From assembly GCA_964506755.1 (NCBI GenBank), contig CAZDMH010000014.1:2364-34363 (forward strand): 32,000 nucleotides of DNA, read 5' to 3'. The notes beneath the pieces are model-generated. The model was not told the origin of the DNA, did no database searches, and saw only the letters and a program-made list of their open reading frames with translations. Positions 30,018-32,000 of this stretch are shown piece after piece (the first letter of the stretch is position 1; each line of letters begins with the position of its first letter). The position numbers and the translations under genes were made by a program. The DNA comes from an uncultured Spirochaetales bacterium. Its GTDB lineage: Bacteria; Spirochaetota; Spirochaetia; DAHUYW01.

Positions 30018-32000
30018 TGAGCGCCCTCCAGCAGTTTCTTCGCCTCCACCGCCCATTCGGTGTTGGGGAAGTTGTTCTGGATCTTGTCGACCATCGCCCT
30101 GACGTCTGAGAGATTACCTGAAAGCTTCGCCATCTCGGCCGCCCGGTAGAGAGAGGCGGCGGTCAAGTCTCTGTTCGCAGGGTCGAGTGTGGCCGCGGCA
30201 AGAAAATCGTTCGCCGCCTTTCTGAGATCCCCGTTGCGATACGCGTACTCGCCGAGGAGATACTGAGCCTGGGCCGCGTTCGTCGGGTCTTGGCTCTCCT
30301 TTTCGATGACCTGATGAAGGAGAGGAACCGCTTGATCCTGTTTCGCTCCGGACTTGTAAATGTAGATCCGCGCCAGGTCGACCATTGCCGTGCGCCCCGC
30401 CTTCGTATCGGCGCCTTTGTCCCTACCGATCGTAACGAGCAATTCGGCCTCTTTCTCCGATTGCCCGGTGAGGATGTAGCGTATCTTCTGCGCCTTCTCT
30501 GCGGCCCCTACGGCGGCCGCTTCCTTAGGATAGACCGCTTCGAGCTCAGTATAGAGCTTCAAGGCCTGGCGCAAGTCTCCGCGCTGCGAATAGACCTCGG
30601 CCGTACGCTGCATCGCATCGGCTCGGTAGGAGCTGTCCTTGTGGTCATCAATCAACTTCTGCCAGAGCAGGACAGCCCCGAAATCCTCGCCTGCCGCCAG
30701 CGATGCACGTCCGCCCCAGTACAGCGCGGCGGCTACCCGGTCACCGTTGGGGAATTGAAGACGATAGTCTGTGAAAGCGGCCTTGGCCTCGTCGTATTTC
30801 TTGTTCTCGTACAGCAACTGGGCTCGCTTGTAAAGTGCATCTGCAACAAGGGGGCTGTTGGGATACTCGGCCGCGAGCTTCTTGTAGGCCGCTGCGGAGT
30901 CTGAAATCTTCTTCTCAGCTGCGAGCACACCTGCGTACTCGAACATCGCGTCATCGGCGTAGTCGGACTTCGGGTTGTCGACGAAGATGTTCTGAAAGGC
31001 CACAGCGGCATCCTGCAACTTCCCTCCGGTCTCCAGGCTCTTTGCGTACATGTAGAGTCCCTTTTGCCGTTCACCAGCATTCTGGCCGTTCGCATACTGA
31101 AGGAAGTAGCGGCCCGCTCTGTCGTAATTCTTGAGAAGGTAGGCACACCATCCTGCGAGGTAGAGCGTGCGACTCTTTAGGTCACTCGACGCATTGCCGT
31201 GGATGATCTCGTCAAACAGCGACGCCGCCGTACTGTAGTCCGCCAGGCGGTATGAGGCCCAGCCCTGGTAGTACAGAGCATATGGCACGATGATCGAGAG
31301 GCCGGCCGAGTCCAGAGTCTTCGTTGTCAGAGGCCGAAGCAAGTCGAGCGCATCCGAGTACTTCTTATCGGAAAGCAGCGCAAGACCACGCATGTAGCGA
31401 ACGATGAGCTCGGCGCGGACGTCCTTCGTTGCGAGGTTGGGGTTGTCCTTCAACACCTTCTGACTCTCATCGAGCACCGATGTGTAGTCCTGGCTTTCGA
31501 AGTAGAGCTTCGTGAGGTCAACCTGCGCCGCCACATCCTTGCCGACGAGTGGAAGGTATTCTTTCAATGTGGAAATGGCCTTGTCGACCTGTCCAAGACG
31601 GATATACGCAAGCGATTTGAGTCTCAGCATCTTCGCCGCATATCCGCCGGCCGTCGCAGCCGAAAACTGCGCGTCTATTGCCGCGACCGTCTGTTGATAG
31701 TCACCAAGCTCGTAGATTGCATACGCCTCGAGATAGCCCGCCTCGCTTCGGTAGGGCGAATTCGGGTAGCTGTCAATTAGCTTCGCGAAGGAGCTTCGGG
31801 CATCTTCATAGTCCCCGCCCTGCAGCTCGAAGCCGGCGAGGCGAAACCGGAGCAGGTCCTGGTATTCCGAAGCATTGGGCAGCGCCACCTTCAGGATCGC
31901 GACCGCCTGAGAGAGTCTCTTGGTTTTGGCATAGATCTCGGCCAGATAGAGCGGAACCAAGGGGCTGACTTTTCCTTGCGAGCGTAGACCCCATATGCGC
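30014..32000 (-). CDS. Large TPR-repeat protein with YbgF(CpoB)/BamD-type repeats. 5' end lies outside the window (about 660 aa visible).
   Basis: The reading frame stays open to position 32000; the ORF-track 'M' at 31960 is a TTG inside the frame. At least 8 repeats carry the xP(N/K)(S/T/G)xxxx(A/E)A hallmark (SYPNSPYRSEA, EYPNSPLVADA, QFPNGDRVAAA, NFPNTEWAVEA, DNPKSDYADDA, ...). Confidence 0.8.
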   Translation of the reverse strand, partial: RIWGLRSQGKVSPLVPLYLAEIYAKTKRLSQAVAILKVALPNASEYQDLLRFRLAGFELQGGDYEDARSSFAKLIDSYPNSPYRSEAGYLEAYAIYELGDYQQTVAAIDAQFSAATAGGYAAKMLRLKSLAYIRLGQVDKAISTLKEYLPLVGKDVAAQVDLTKLYFESQDYTSVLDESQKVLKDNPNLATKDVRAELIVRYMRGLALLSDKKYSDALDLLRPLTTKTLDSAGLSIIVPYALYYQGWASYRLADYSTAASLFDEIIHGNASSDLKSRTLYLAGWCAYLLKNYDRAGRYFLQYANGQNAGERQKGLYMYAKSLETGGKLQDAAVAFQNIFVDNPKSDYADDAMFEYAGVLAAEKKISDSAAAYKKLAAEYPNSPLVADALYKRAQLLYENKKYDEAKAAFTDYRLQFPNGDRVAAALYWGGRASLAAGEDFGAVLLWQKLIDDHKDSSYRADAMQRTAEVYSQRGDLRQALKLYTELEAVYPKEAAAVGAAEKAQKIRYILTGQSEKEAELLVTIGRDKGADTKAGRTAMVDLARIYIYKSGAKQDQAVPLLHQVIEKESQDPTNAAQAQYLLGEYAYRNGDLRKAANDFLAAATLDPANRDLTAASLYRAAEMAKLSGNLSDVRAMVDKIQNNFPNTEWAVEAKKLLEGAQ

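Noticed and set aside
1-32000. Defence islands, CRISPR arrays, toxin-antitoxin pairs, integrases, IS elements and prophage genes
   Set aside because: I looked for direct-repeat arrays, terminal inverted repeats, recombinase/transposase-like ORFs and abrupt composition shifts, and saw none. The window reads as core chromosome with uniform composition.

Overview
This is a gene-dense, GC-rich chromosomal window with about 29 protein-coding genes. I found no rRNA or tRNA genes, no CRISPR array, and no transposase, integrase or phage genes. Most long ORFs on the strand opposite a called gene look like GC-driven shadow ORFs. The host appears to be a diderm bacterium. My guess is Spirochaetota, based only on gene content and context: bactofilin plus M23 peptidase, yaaR/ricT, and a very long membrane-anchored coiled-coil protein. 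Layout from left to right: (1) minus-strand operon of M23 peptidase, bactofilin, YaaR(DUF327) and RicT/YaaT; (2) plus-strand tatD followed by a translationally coupled purF-purM-purN-purD-purE block; (3) minus-strand grpE-dnaK-dnaJ, followed directly by a small secreted DxNxDGxxD-repeat protein and a TrmH/RlmB-type methyltransferase; (4) a CaCA-family Na+/Ca2+ antiporter; (5) a plus-strand five-gene operon of ABC ATPase, two FtsX/MacB-type permeases, a LolA-like periplasmic protein and a predicted outer-membrane beta-barrel; (6) a minus-strand array of at least eight tightly packed genes running off the right edge: large YbgF/BamD-type TPR protein, orphan beta-barrel-like secreted protein, ExbB/TolQ, ExbD/TolR, TonB/TolA-like protein with a very long uncharged low-complexity linker, HAD hydrolase, a 1155-aa membrane-anchored coiled-coil protein with a C-terminal helix-turn-helix-like tail, and an SDR oxidoreductase. 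Blocks (5) and (6) are the best candidates for an undescribed envelope system. Everything else is ordinary housekeeping. All family assignments come from motifs read by eye in the supplied translations. No database search was run.
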